Of a stretch of 64,000 nt of DNA, positions 30,907-40,986 are shown piece by piece. Source of the stretch: Aureliella sp. (GTDB lineage: Bacteria > Planctomycetota > Planctomycetia > Pirellulales > Pirellulaceae); the NCBI GenBank assembly GCA_963691875.1, contig OY829846.1, positions 2,240,001-2,304,000 on the forward strand, given 5' to 3'. A program made the position numbers and the translations under genes. The notes below the pieces were generated by a model. The model saw only the letters and a program-made list of their open reading frames with translations, had not been told where the DNA came from and made no database searches. Numbering within the stretch: the first letter of the stretch is position 1; each line of letters opens with the position of its first letter.

Positions 30907-31061
30907 GTAGGTAATCTCTACAGGGTTCCAGTTATGCGGTGGCCACCGTAGGAACAATGCAAGAGATTTTCTTGATTCGGAGTAGGGACTAACGGTGGCA
31001 TGTGGCTGCCACCGTTTCGGCCGTCCCTATTCTTTGTTTCCGTTTTATCGGAGGAGAAAAC
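30907..31061 (+). promoter_or_regulatory. Structured 5' leader (five predicted hairpins) upstream of the histone-like gene
   Basis: Base-pairing read by eye at 30907-30921, 30925-30955, 30960-30974, 30979-31033 and 31038-31053. Confidence 0.5.
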
Positions 31062-31295
31062 GTGGCCAAGAAGAAAGCAGCGAAGAAGAAGGCGGCTCCT
31101 AAGAAGAAGGCTGCACCTAAGAAGGCAGCTAAGAAGGCAGCTCCTAAGAAGAAGGCGGCCGCTAAGAAGAAGGCTGCTCCTAAGAAGAAGGCTGCACCTA
31201 AGAAGAAGGCAGCCAAGAAAGCTGCTCCTAAGAAGAAAGCAGCTGCCAAGAAGAAGGCTGCTCCAAAGAAGAAGAAGGCCGCTAAGAAGAAGTAG
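31062..31295 (+). CDS. Histone H1-like Lys/Ala/Pro-rich basic protein (77 aa)
   Basis: GGAGGAG RBS and GTG start; only K, A and P after the initiator (KKAAPKK repeats); strong terminator follows. Confidence 0.9.
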   Translation: MAKKKAAKKKAAPKKKAAPKKAAKKAAPKKKAAAKKKAAPKKKAAPKKKAAKKAAPKKKAAAKKKAAPKKKKAAKKK

Positions 31296-31333
31296 TCTTC
31301 TCTTCCATGAGACACTTTTGAAGCGAACTCAAC

Positions 31334-31371
31334 AAACCGCCGCAGGTTTTCAATCTGTGGCGGTTTTTTTT
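31334..31371 (+). terminator. Rho-independent terminator
   Basis: AAACCGCCGCAGGTT-TTC-AATCTGTGGCGGTTT stem ending in a T8 run. Confidence 0.9.
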
Positions 31372-31674
31372 CTGCGCTGGCTTCTCGCCATAAGCAGGCG
31401 GAATCGCAGAACGCAAGCGATTCTGAACCATCCTTCTACAATCAAAACTGGATGAGGCTGAGCCCCGGCGAATCCGACAAGAAGCAAAGCGCCTAAGTTA
31501 CGTATTCCACCCCCAGAGGCTTCCCTGTCTGCCCAAAGCACGGGCAGCACGACCTGAAATGGCGATCGGACTTAGAAATTGTTTGACTATCGAAAATGAA
31601 AACAGCAAGTTTTTAGGCTTTTCACGAGTCACTTAGAAAGACGTTTGGAATTAGCTTCTTGCCAAGATAGAAGA

Positions 31675-31705
31675 CAGATTGCCCACCATTAGAGTGGGCA
31701 ATCTG
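31675..31705 (-). terminator. Probable terminator hairpin after the 31710-34217 gene
   Basis: 12-bp perfect inverted repeat CAGATTGCCCAC/GTGGGCAATCTG with a 7-nt loop, just past the stop; T-rich tail on the minus strand. Confidence 0.65.
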
Positions 31706-31709
31706 AGCG

Positions 31710-34217
31710 TCAATCGATGATCTCGATATCCGCGATCCGACTGCTAAATATGTCGAATTGAAATGAGACACGCAGCTTTGCATTCCCGTTTGTGAACTTC
31801 AGATCTAGCAGCACTTCCGCCGTTTGCTTGCCACTGATCTGCACGCGTTGCGTCTTCACAGTTTCAACACTTCCGATACTCAACGTCCAGCCTCCAGCTA
31901 TTGCCGATAGCTCGGCTTTTCGTGGGCCGCTGGTTTCTCTCGCGTGGAGCTCGAACGAAAGATGAGGCAACAGAGCGCTTTCGCCAGTCTTTAGCCAGTC
32001 GTAGATGACCGTCTCGGCGCGCTGCGAGAAGTGCTGGGAACCAATGCTCGACGACCAGTCTGCGATCTGCGGATCGGTAATGGCCAGTCCAACCAGCTCT
32101 TCGAATTCGAAAGTGGCTTTGAGCTTGGCTTGGGAATTTCGCCTGCTTAATTGTCCTTCGCCACTTTCAAAGCGCCTGCCACCAAAGTACTCGAGCAGGT
32201 TTCGCTGCGGCTGTTTGTTCTCGAGATCCGACGCCGAGAACTCTTCGATGCTGCTCAAATGCGTAAGGAACGCTTCAAGTAAAGGGAGTTCGACCGTATC
32301 GCGCAAGCGTGGGGCCATCATTTCAATTAAGTTACTCGCATCTCCTTGCTGCAGAGTTTCGAGCAGACGTTTCAGCTGCGGTAAGTCGCTAACACCAATC
32401 AATCTCGCTTCGAAATCACTGCTGAAGTCAACGATCTTCCACTTGCCTTGAGCCTGAACTAGCTCACAACGCAGCGTCTGCGGGGAACCGTCTCGGAAGC
32501 TGGCAACCAAGTACACGGAGACTGTTGCCGGAAAACTTCTATCTACTCGCTGCGTGAATACTTGATCGTACACTTTCAACCGGCGCAGAGATCTAGCAGA
32601 GAAGTCGCTATCGCTGACAGCTTGCTCCAACCGCTGTCTTGGCAGCTGCTCTTTAAACTCCTCCTGCAATTTACTGTGTGCGTCGTAGAAATCACCTGTA
32701 AAGATCCGGCTCCAGAATGCATGCGCAACTCGCCCGGTAGCACTTGGATCACGAATACAATCCAGAGTGCTCCAAGCCGCTTCTTGACTCAGCAAAGTGA
32801 CACCCAGCAATTGGTCGCCGATAAAGTCAAATTGAGCGTCGACCGGCCCCTGATTCGTTCTTAGTTTTCCACGAGCATAGGAATACTCGCCTTGCCTGTC
32901 AGCAGACCAAGTTGCCAGCTCCGGCACCGACCAATGCTCAAAACGGTCCGCGATCTGCTCAAGCCTTGATTGCAGCTTCTCTTCATCGCATAGGTCCTTC
33001 AACGAAGGATGAAACCAAGATAGGTTGATTTCACCTTGGTAACAATTCGTGAGAAATTCCTCGACGAGCTTAGCTTGTTGCGGTGCCACCGAGGGCCAAG
33101 AGGGACGAAAGTTGATACTGGCCAACTTGCCGTTCCCCACGAAGTTGCTCCGGCTAGAAAAATCAAAGGTGGTCTGCGCGATGCACTGCTCTCCACCCAA
33201 AACCACGAGGTGATAGAGATCCCAACTTCGATGTTTGGCGTCGGGGACAAAGGGCGCAAGAAAACTATCCAGATGTTGTATAGTCTGGATCTCAGAACCA
33301 TACTTCTCTTGCAGTTTCTTTTGCAGCTGCTGAATCTGCTGCACGGTTATGTTTTTTCGATAGCTTCCTTCAAAAAACATTTGGGCTTGCTCGCTGGAGT
33401 CCGATTCCTGGCTGAACATCAGCCGAACAAGCTCTTCGGCCCTCTTTGCAAATCCCTGAGGATCACTTGGCCCTTGAAACCAGTCGTCTGGCATTTGTTC
33501 TGAGCTCACCAAGACATCAAGCAGCTTACCTTGGGAGAAGACAAGCTTGAATTCGCAACTTCCTTTTTCAAACTCGCTTGCGCCAGCAACGATACGAGTC
33601 CCAAGTTTGCCCTCCCAGCTAAACCAACCTTCCGGCTCCGGACCGGACTTGAGCTTGCCAAGGTGCTTGTTGAGGGCTGTGCAGTAAGCCTGGAGAGTCT
33701 GCGGCTGGATGTTTTCGAGTCCTGAGTCCGCCACGCTGCTTCGAAGTTCCGCCTTCGCGATCCCGCTCAGGAACCCTGTTGCATACCCGAGTTCCTGACC
33801 ATTAAGCTCGAAGCGTGGAGGCTCATAAGAGTCCTCAACATCGCCATGCTGCATTTCGCCGCACGTGTTATCGGCCGCCGTGGTTTGAGCGAGAACATCT
33901 TCTCCGTCTAGCAGCGTCGCTGTCACTGGTTGTTTGCAAGGGACAAACACGATGACGCGAGTTGAGGCATGGCCAAACTCGAGTGATTGAGGCTGCTGCC
34001 CGACTCTCAAACGCATATGAACCGTCCGAGCAGGCTGATTCGCATCATGATAACGCACGATGACATAGACCAGCTGACCGTCCGGACCGGCCAATTTCAG
34101 CTGGGGCTCAAACGAGAAATCTTGTGCAATTCCAGATGAGGCGATTCCTACGAGCAATATGCTCAGCACCCTTTGTAGCGGGGTGTTGATTTTTATGAGC
34201 AGGCCACTGTGCCACAT
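31710..34217 (-). CDS. Large secreted protein with tandem DUF3887/NTF2-like repeats
   Basis: Signal-peptide-like N-terminus; about five repeated helix-helix-beta-sheet units; start codon uncertain. Confidence 0.65.
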   Translation of the reverse strand: MWHSGLLIKINTPLQRVLSILLVGIASSGIAQDFSFEPQLKLAGPDGQLVYVIVRYHDANQPARTVHMRLRVGQQPQSLEFGHASTRVIVFVPCKQPVTATLLDGEDVLAQTTAADNTCGEMQHGDVEDSYEPPRFELNGQELGYATGFLSGIAKAELRSSVADSGLENIQPQTLQAYCTALNKHLGKLKSGPEPEGWFSWEGKLGTRIVAGASEFEKGSCEFKLVFSQGKLLDVLVSSEQMPDDWFQGPSDPQGFAKRAEELVRLMFSQESDSSEQAQMFFEGSYRKNITVQQIQQLQKKLQEKYGSEIQTIQHLDSFLAPFVPDAKHRSWDLYHLVVLGGEQCIAQTTFDFSSRSNFVGNGKLASINFRPSWPSVAPQQAKLVEEFLTNCYQGEINLSWFHPSLKDLCDEEKLQSRLEQIADRFEHWSVPELATWSADRQGEYSYARGKLRTNQGPVDAQFDFIGDQLLGVTLLSQEAAWSTLDCIRDPSATGRVAHAFWSRIFTGDFYDAHSKLQEEFKEQLPRQRLEQAVSDSDFSARSLRRLKVYDQVFTQRVDRSFPATVSVYLVASFRDGSPQTLRCELVQAQGKWKIVDFSSDFEARLIGVSDLPQLKRLLETLQQGDASNLIEMMAPRLRDTVELPLLEAFLTHLSSIEEFSASDLENKQPQRNLLEYFGGRRFESGEGQLSRRNSQAKLKATFEFEELVGLAITDPQIADWSSSIGSQHFSQRAETVIYDWLKTGESALLPHLSFELHARETSGPRKAELSAIAGGWTLSIGSVETVKTQRVQISGKQTAEVLLDLKFTNGNAKLRVSFQFDIFSSRIADIEIID

Positions 34218-34444
34218 ACGCTGATTCCTTGCCTTGAATATCGATCGAAGAAGCGTTATCTGATCGCTCAGCGACCAAGCCCAGGTTGAATGCTCGCGTT
34301 TTGATAGCACTTCAGTCCGAGTCAGACGACCACCTCAACTGGCGAAGCTGCCAGGGGCGTCATTTCGGTATTTTGGGAGAACGTGGCAAGCACTACAATA
34401 CGGTCTCGATTCGATCCTAATCCCAACCCCGAGATTCTCTCCTG

Positions 34445-34744
34445 ATGAACCGTATCACCGTCTTCTTTCTGGGTGTACTTACTGGTGCGATTGGTTTGTT
34501 TGTAAGTGAAAACTACTATATCGTTCGCTCAACAGAAACCGTTCATGTGGTTCCGAAAATTGCCGCAAAGCTTGAGATTCCCTACCGGGATATCCGCGAA
34601 TACACGGTAGAAGACTGGCGTGAAGATCCTTCTTTGGCATTAGCCATCGTGAAATCGAAAAAGGAAAACCTGTTGATGGAATCTGGTTTGAACGACATGC
34701 AGAACCAGCTTCAAGGCCTTCTAAATTCACTTGAAGGCAGCTAG
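34445..34744 (+). CDS. Small membrane-anchored hypothetical protein
   Basis: N-terminal TM (FFLGVLTGAIGLFV), then YYIVRS...VPK...YRDIREYTVEDW...LALAI. Confidence 0.75.
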   Translation: MNRITVFFLGVLTGAIGLFVSENYYIVRSTETVHVVPKIAAKLEIPYRDIREYTVEDWREDPSLALAIVKSKKENLLMESGLNDMQNQLQGLLNSLEGS

Positions 34745-34938
34745 CTGGCTTCGCCGAGCATCGGGTGCTCAATTATCGAATTTCCAATTTTTGATGCCGT
34801 GATATCCTTATGCTGATCTAATGAGCCTACCCACGTCTCAAGAACTGGTCGGCACGCTAGAATTGACTGTTATAGGTATTCACCTTTGCCCAACCAGATT
34901 GGGCGGCAAGAGAACTACAACCCAAGGATCGCTCTGCG

Positions 34939-36468
34939 ATGATCGGACAGTCGCAAAAGAAGTCGGTAACAGTTGTTGGTGGTGGACTCGCGGGACTTTC
35001 CGCTGCCTGCGTACTAGCTGCACGCGGACATCAAGTCACCTTGCTCGACAAGAATGACTGGGTTGGCGGCAAAGCAGCTGTGCATCGCCGCGATGGCTAT
35101 CGTTTTGACATGGGTCCGACGATTCTCACGTTGCCGAGTGTCTTGAAGCGGATCTTCGAAGAGGCAGATCGCAAACTCGAGGACTACCTAGAACTGCTGC
35201 CTCTTGATCCACAGTGGCGATGCTTCTTCGATGACGCTTCCGTTTTGGATTTGGTCGCCGATGTTGACAAGATGAAGTCAAACTTGCGCGAGTTTGCCAA
35301 CGATGAGGCTGCAGATGGTTACGGCAGGTTCATTGAAATGTCGAAGCAGTTGCACGACGTTTCAGACCGTTTCTTTTTCTGGAAGAGTGTTGGTGGCATC
35401 GCGGACACCTTTAAGTCCAAGGGCATGTTCGATCTGAAGGTTCTCAAAGACGTTCTGTCATTGAGGATGGGCAAGTCCGTAGCATCGGTGGTTCGCAGCC
35501 ACGTTCCCGACGAGCGTGCTGCTCAGATGATCGATCACTTTACGCAGTACGTTGGCTCGTCGCCAGAGGCGTCGCCAGCCGTCCTGTGCGGCATCGCCCA
35601 CATGCAGACTGAAGAAGGAGTCTGGTATCCAGTAGGAGGCACCAGAGCGGTTCCCGAAGCACTTGCCAAGCTGGCAGGGGAGCTGGGAGTTGAGATTCGC
35701 ACCGGCTGCGACGTCGATACCATTCAAACCACCGCCAACGCTGTCACCGGTGTTCAGCTAGTTGATGGAGAAGTCATTCACGCCGATGCAGTCGTTTCCA
35801 ATTGCGATTCCGTTCGGACACACCGCGAGCTGTTGCGTGAGCACGGGAAGCAGACGAGCCTTACGAAGAAGAAGGAAATCGAGCCCGCTTGCTCTGGCGT
35901 GGTGCTCTACCTGGGACTCAAGAAGCGATACGAACACGTCTTGCATCACAACTTCGTCTTTTCCAAGGACCCGCACGAAGAATTCGACTATATCTATCGT
36001 CAAGGAGTGCCAGCCCCAGATCCAACCTGCTACGTCTGTGCTCCTTCGATTTCCGAATCTGCGGTCGCACCAGAGGGCGGAGAAGCACTCTATATTTTGG
36101 TCCACACGCCCTATCTACGACCTGAGCACGATTGGTCAAAGATGCTGCCTGAATACCGCGAGGTAATCTTAGACAAGTTAGAACGCACGGCTGGGATGAA
36201 AGATATTCGTTCGAACATCGTTTGCGAAGACGCTCTGACACCAGAAGGAATTCACAAACGTTATCGCGTCTTGAATGGCGCTATTTACGGCCTGGCCAGT
36301 CACGGCCGCTATCTCGGCGCCTTCAAACCCGCCAACCGCAGCAAGGAATTACAAGGCTTGTACTTGGCCGGCGGGGCGGCTCACCCTGGACCAGGAATGC
36401 CCATGGTGATGATGAGCGGCTGGATCGCCGCAGACGCACTCGACCAAGACGCAGGTTTTGCATCTTAA
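34939..36468 (+). CDS. Phytoene desaturase family FAD oxidoreductase, most like CrtP/CrtNb (diapolycopene oxygenase)
   Basis: GGGLAGL, GYRFDMGPTILT, PQWRCFFDD, QYVGSSP, GAIYGL and HPGPGMPMVMMSG. Confidence 0.88.
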   Translation: MIGQSQKKSVTVVGGGLAGLSAACVLAARGHQVTLLDKNDWVGGKAAVHRRDGYRFDMGPTILTLPSVLKRIFEEADRKLEDYLELLPLDPQWRCFFDDASVLDLVADVDKMKSNLREFANDEAADGYGRFIEMSKQLHDVSDRFFFWKSVGGIADTFKSKGMFDLKVLKDVLSLRMGKSVASVVRSHVPDERAAQMIDHFTQYVGSSPEASPAVLCGIAHMQTEEGVWYPVGGTRAVPEALAKLAGELGVEIRTGCDVDTIQTTANAVTGVQLVDGEVIHADAVVSNCDSVRTHRELLREHGKQTSLTKKKEIEPACSGVVLYLGLKKRYEHVLHHNFVFSKDPHEEFDYIYRQGVPAPDPTCYVCAPSISESAVAPEGGEALYILVHTPYLRPEHDWSKMLPEYREVILDKLERTAGMKDIRSNIVCEDALTPEGIHKRYRVLNGAIYGLASHGRYLGAFKPANRSKELQGLYLAGGAAHPGPGMPMVMMSGWIAADALDQDAGFAS

Positions 36469-36647
36469 TCGCAGAAAGCGAACCAGTCTCACTTCGCTGC
36501 GGCTTGATCGCTTTTATAGCTCGATCTCGCATGCAGGCCTTCGTGCCCAGACCCTCGGGTTGCCTTCCCGCGACGACGCATCTCAAGATCATCCTGCGGC
36601 TTGGTATGCTTCCGCACCGCAGAGTATCCACGCGTGGTTTTGACTGG

Positions 36648-37190
36648 CTAGCCGCAACCACGGGAACCTCCGCTGCTTACGCAGTCTTCGGTTGCAAAGT
36701 TGCCCTCTGCAGCGTTGGACGGATCCTCTGAGCACTCTCCAGACTCGCACACGTCACTGGGAGTAAAACAAATTGGAGGAATGGTGAGCGTCCCTAATTT
36801 CCAATGCTTTGCATTGTGATAATGGCCGTATACGATCTTATCAAAACACCGTACATCTAAGTTGTCGCTACCTGAGCCGTTGATGTTTGTGATCGTAAGC
36901 TGGGGCGAAATAGGAAGCTCTAGAACAACCTCCTGCAAGACAGACGCCGTGCAGAAATCAATACCCTCTTGAACGAAAACATCCCCAACCGGCTGCACCT
37001 CTCCGCTATGCTGATGTTGGTGTAGCCAGCCTCGGCCACCATCGCTGTGATGCGCCACGAGGTGACGCAATGGACCACCGGCACTGACAACGCAAGTAAG
37101 AACAGCCAACAAATAGATGGCGGTTAGCACGATACGAGCAAAGTGCGTTCGACTCGAAGGTGAAAATGGGGTTCGGAGAATCACCAGCAA
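36648..37190 (-). CDS. Hypothetical protein
   Basis: 180-aa ORF with a hydrophobic N-terminal segment and a His-rich patch; fills the intergenic gap; start uncertain. Confidence 0.4.
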   Translation of the reverse strand: MLVILRTPFSPSSRTHFARIVLTAIYLLAVLTCVVSAGGPLRHLVAHHSDGGRGWLHQHQHSGEVQPVGDVFVQEGIDFCTASVLQEVVLELPISPQLTITNINGSGSDNLDVRCFDKIVYGHYHNAKHWKLGTLTIPPICFTPSDVCESGECSEDPSNAAEGNFATEDCVSSGGSRGCG

Positions 37191-37575
37191 TCTCGCAGAT
37201 AAAAATAGTGGAGAAAACTCTCCTAGCAGTTCTGACAGTGTTGAACGCTAGCTTGCTTTCAGAATACAGAGAAGACGCCCCACAGCATGCCTAGAAGTTG
37301 CGATTCGCGTACTTACCAATGGTAATGATACAGCGTCTGTATCCGTTATGCACTTACAAACTTGTTCGCGTAGCACGGCCGTCCTTGCCCGCGTTCGTCG
37401 CCGGTCCAACTCGCTCCCACGCGACTGCGCTCTGTTGGTTCCTCCTTGTGCCCTGCTCCGGCAAGCGCGATACTGTGCTGTCTTGTTTCTCGGATAGCTT
37501 GCTAGACCGAACCATTCGCATCCCACCTTCGCATCGCTCCTCCTGAAGCCAAAATACTCCTTGAAGGAAAAGATC

Positions 37576-38430
37576 TTGCAACTTGTACGATTTCGAACGG
37601 AAAGCACCGAATCTTGGGGCGTCCAGACTGACGAGGGTGTTCGTGATTTAGGGGCCATTCTAAAGACCTGCCCAACGATGCTGGATGCCATCGGCCAATG
37701 GGAACAACTCGGTTCCCAAGTAGAATCAGTGCTCCGCGACGCCCCGTTACTGAGTGAATGCCAGTTGCTTAGTCCGCTACCGGAATCCGGAAAGACAATC
37801 TGCATTGGACTCAACTACCGCGACCACGCGATCGAAACTGGCGCTGACATTCCGACCGAACCCGTTGTGTTTAATAAGCTGGCCGGCACAGTCTGCGGTC
37901 CCGATGAAGAGATCCCTCTGCCTCAAGTCAGTCAACAAGTTGATTTCGAAGCAGAACTTGTCATGGTCATCGGCAAGCAAGCTTGGAATGTTGTCGAACA
38001 GGAAGCAGAAGACTTTATTTTCGGCTACATGTGTGGACACGACGTATCGGCTCGCGACTGGCAAAAAGGCCGTCCAGGCGGACAATGGCTACTCGGTAAA
38101 AGCTTTCCGAACTTTGCGCCCACAGGGCCCTATCTAGTTCCCAATTCTGAAATCTCAGATCCTTGCAATTTGAGAATTCAGATGCGGATCAATGGTGAAA
38201 CCTATCAGGATTCGAACACCAGTCAGCTGATATTCTCACCTTCACAATTGATCGCCCATTTATCGCAATGCACCATCTTGCAACCGGGCGACTTGATTTT
38301 TACAGGCACACCTCCTGGTGTCGGAGCCGCTCGCAATCCGCCTCGCTTCCTGGAGCCGGGCGATGTTTGCGAAGTGGAAGTCCAAGGCCTCGGGGTGCTC
38401 AGGAATCCTGTAGTCGCCGCAAAACAATAG
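37576..38430 (+). CDS. Fumarylacetoacetate hydrolase family protein
   Basis: [29 protein letters not shown] and [17 protein letters not shown] start after AAGGAAA. Confidence 0.95.
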   Translation: MQLVRFRTESTESWGVQTDEGVRDLGAILKTCPTMLDAIGQWEQLGSQVESVLRDAPLLSECQLLSPLPESGKTICIGLNYRDHAIETGADIPTEPVVFNKLAGTVCGPDEEIPLPQVSQQVDFEAELVMVIGKQAWNVVEQEAEDFIFGYMCGHDVSARDWQKGRPGGQWLLGKSFPNFAPTGPYLVPNSEISDPCNLRIQMRINGETYQDSNTSQLIFSPSQLIAHLSQCTILQPGDLIFTGTPPGVGAARNPPRFLEPGDVCEVEVQGLGVLRNPVVAAKQ

Positions 38431-38746
38431 GATTTGGCTGACGCCAATCGCGATTCGATCATTCTCTAAAACTGCATTAGACGGTCCGCCAACCTACGTC
38501 TTGCGACCAACCTTGGAAAATCTTTTGATGGAACGCGTTCCCCTTGTTACCATCATATCGCTATCCTTGCGCGTTTTTCGAAGCGATGATGAAGAATCAT
38601 CGTTGGGCACACGTTGTGTTTAGCAATTCGCGCGGTGATCATAACAGCAATTTCTGACCATATCCGCGACGGACCCCGGCCGGTCACCGCATCAAACAGA
38701 ACACGGCGCTGCGATTGGAAGAGCGAGGGCGACGTGGACTCATGTG

Positions 38747-40672
38747 CTAAAACGAGTCTTCGATCACGTGAGGGCCCTTGCCGTCGTCTTCCTCTTCTTC
38801 GTCTTCCTCAGGGGGCTCGAATGCGAAGCTAAGGCTATCGCCTATCGCATCGGCCAATCCACCGATCTGCTGGCAGGTGAAGAAGATAAGTGTGGGCAGC
38901 AAGAACCCCGCAACACCAGCCAGCATGGGGCTCTTGGGCAGCAGAATCGCCCACACGACGAATATAAAGCCGTAGGCTATTCCATTCTTTAAGTAGTACC
39001 CCCCCCAACTTTCAGCTGCAGCTCCAATGGAACGCATGACTGAACCCGAAATCGGATTTACAACAGAGCCATTGTCCATCATGCCAAGCAAGAAAATTGG
39101 GAACAGGAGGAAGCCACTGGCCAACATCCCGCCGATTCGAATGGTCACGGCACTACTGCCGTCTCCAGCAAAGAAGGAACCGGTCAAGTAGCCGGGGATT
39201 AATGCTGCCGACAGAGCGAGACCGATCACTAGTAGGTCCGCGAAGTTGTCGAATATCGTGAAGGCAGGAATCTCACGAATGTAACGCTGCTTGTTCGCCG
39301 CCGCTTCAATCAAGAGCAGGCCACCAGATAACATCGGCAGTGCGAAGAGCAATCCTACCAACGGTCCACCGATCATCGAAAGCAGCAGGAGGCCTCTGCC
39401 GAAATAGCTCTCGGTATCTTCTAGTGAAAAACGGATGAATGCGAACAAGCCGCCAAAAACAAATCCGTAAACAATCATCTGCGCGATTACTAGCGGATCT
39501 TTGAAAAAGCCGAATGTTCGCTGTACAAAACTGGCATTGTCAAAATCTGCTTGGTAGAGCCGGTCTTCTTCCTCCTCTGTGATTTCGCCAGCCGCTTTGT
39601 CGAGCAGGTCCTGGGCACGGTCCTGACGATGTTGATCTCGGCCAGCATCTCCAAAGTCCGCCTCGGCAGCCAAAGCCATTTCCGCCTCGACAGGCAGTTT
39701 CTTCTTGGGCTTGGGTTTCCAGTTTTTCGGAGGTGGCGGAGCCTTGAATTCGGTAAAGCAATCCGGACACTTGACCTTCATGCCCTGCGCCGAGGGACTC
39801 ACATATTGAGCCGTTCCGCATACTCTACAAACGATGCGATACTCAGCATCATCCAGTATTTCTTCTTCCGACAACTTCGGCATGTTGTCCTTCAGATTCA
39901 AATCAGGAATAACATTGTCTAAATCTCGCAGATCATCTTCAACAACGGCTGGCTTACGCTTGGATTTCGGTGAGGACTTCTCGCCGCCACCCGAGTTTGG
40001 TGGCAGTTGTTCGGCAGCCGCAGATGCTTCCTTCTGCAGCTGATATTCATCAAGTTCGTCTTCGAAAAGCGAACCAGCAGAACTCGGACTTTCCGGCCCC
40101 TGTGATTTAGCCATAGCTCCCGACTTTGCTTCTAAACCAGAGGTCTGATTTGGGGATGATTTTTTCTCTGCAGAAGGGCTAGAAGCTTGCTCCTCAAGCG
40201 TAGCGGACTCATCATCGCCCAAACTGTCAAAGGGAATGCTGCCGTCGTCGTTTAACGATGCTTGTCCTTGCAAAGGCTGGACATACTGATCGTCCTTGGT
40301 GGCAGGCCGCACATTGGGCTGCTCTTCTTCATCGGGCTGCCCAACTTTTCTGGACCGCTGCTTCTGTTTTGCGCGATCCATTGCGCGCTCTTTTTCCTTC
40401 TTCGCACGGATCTCCTCCGCGTCCTGCTGCCGCTCTTCCAAGTTAGAGATGGCAGGGGTACTGAGGCTTAAGGGGTCATCCATCTCCAAGAAGTTGGTTT
40501 CATCCTTCTCCTTGTTTACCACATTCCGTTTCTCTTCCGGCTGCGGAATGCGCAACGTATGCTTGCACTTGGGGCATTTGATATGCCGCCCAGCGCCCTT
40601 GAGCGGACTCTTCAGTCGCTTGCCACAATGGATGCAACTGAAGGCAATCAATTTGTCCGGGTCGGCGCTCAA
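38747..40672 (-). CDS. Double zinc-ribbon protein with an acidic linker and a C-terminal multi-pass membrane domain
   Basis: CIHC...CPKC and CRVC...CPDC; about 6 TMs in the last 250 aa. Confidence 0.8.
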   Translation of the reverse strand: MSADPDKLIAFSCIHCGKRLKSPLKGAGRHIKCPKCKHTLRIPQPEEKRNVVNKEKDETNFLEMDDPLSLSTPAISNLEERQQDAEEIRAKKEKERAMDRAKQKQRSRKVGQPDEEEQPNVRPATKDDQYVQPLQGQASLNDDGSIPFDSLGDDESATLEEQASSPSAEKKSSPNQTSGLEAKSGAMAKSQGPESPSSAGSLFEDELDEYQLQKEASAAAEQLPPNSGGGEKSSPKSKRKPAVVEDDLRDLDNVIPDLNLKDNMPKLSEEEILDDAEYRIVCRVCGTAQYVSPSAQGMKVKCPDCFTEFKAPPPPKNWKPKPKKKLPVEAEMALAAEADFGDAGRDQHRQDRAQDLLDKAAGEITEEEEDRLYQADFDNASFVQRTFGFFKDPLVIAQMIVYGFVFGGLFAFIRFSLEDTESYFGRGLLLLSMIGGPLVGLLFALPMLSGGLLLIEAAANKQRYIREIPAFTIFDNFADLLVIGLALSAALIPGYLTGSFFAGDGSSAVTIRIGGMLASGFLLFPIFLLGMMDNGSVVNPISGSVMRSIGAAAESWGGYYLKNGIAYGFIFVVWAILLPKSPMLAGVAGFLLPTLIFFTCQQIGGLADAIGDSLSFAFEPPEEDEEEEDDGKGPHVIEDSF

Positions 40673-40986
40673 AGGAACAATCTCGCGTGAAAAACGATGG
40701 CGAATTCTTGTGGTCGAGGTGACTGAAAGATTTGCAGCCTAGTCAGCGGACGTTGAGAGGAGAAGCTGCTTGTGGGCGCACTGCGTTTCGCGCACTGCAT
40801 TTAGAGTAGACAGTGGCTACTAATCGGGCAATTTAATTACCAAAAACAGGTGTTACCACGCGAAAAATACGGCAGTTCAATAGTGAAGGCTCCGGTTTTG
40901 AGGCTCGGCAGTTCTTCGCAAGCCTCTCACGCGGCACTCACGGATCGGACAGATTAGGAGCTAGAAAGCCATCAGTCGAGAAAGAA

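Noticed and set aside
31070..31292. Short tandem DNA repeats as a possible CRISPR array or VNTR
   Set aside because: The repeats are codon-level with synonymous variation; there are no unique spacers and no cas genes
30989..31455. Phe/Ala-rich minus-strand ORF (30989-31315) and Arg-rich ORF (31000-31455)
   Set aside because: Shadow frames of the Lys/Ala repeat gene, which has the RBS and terminator
40776..40798. GCGCACTGC x2 direct repeat upstream of the Zn-ribbon gene
   Set aside because: Too short to distinguish from chance without comparative data
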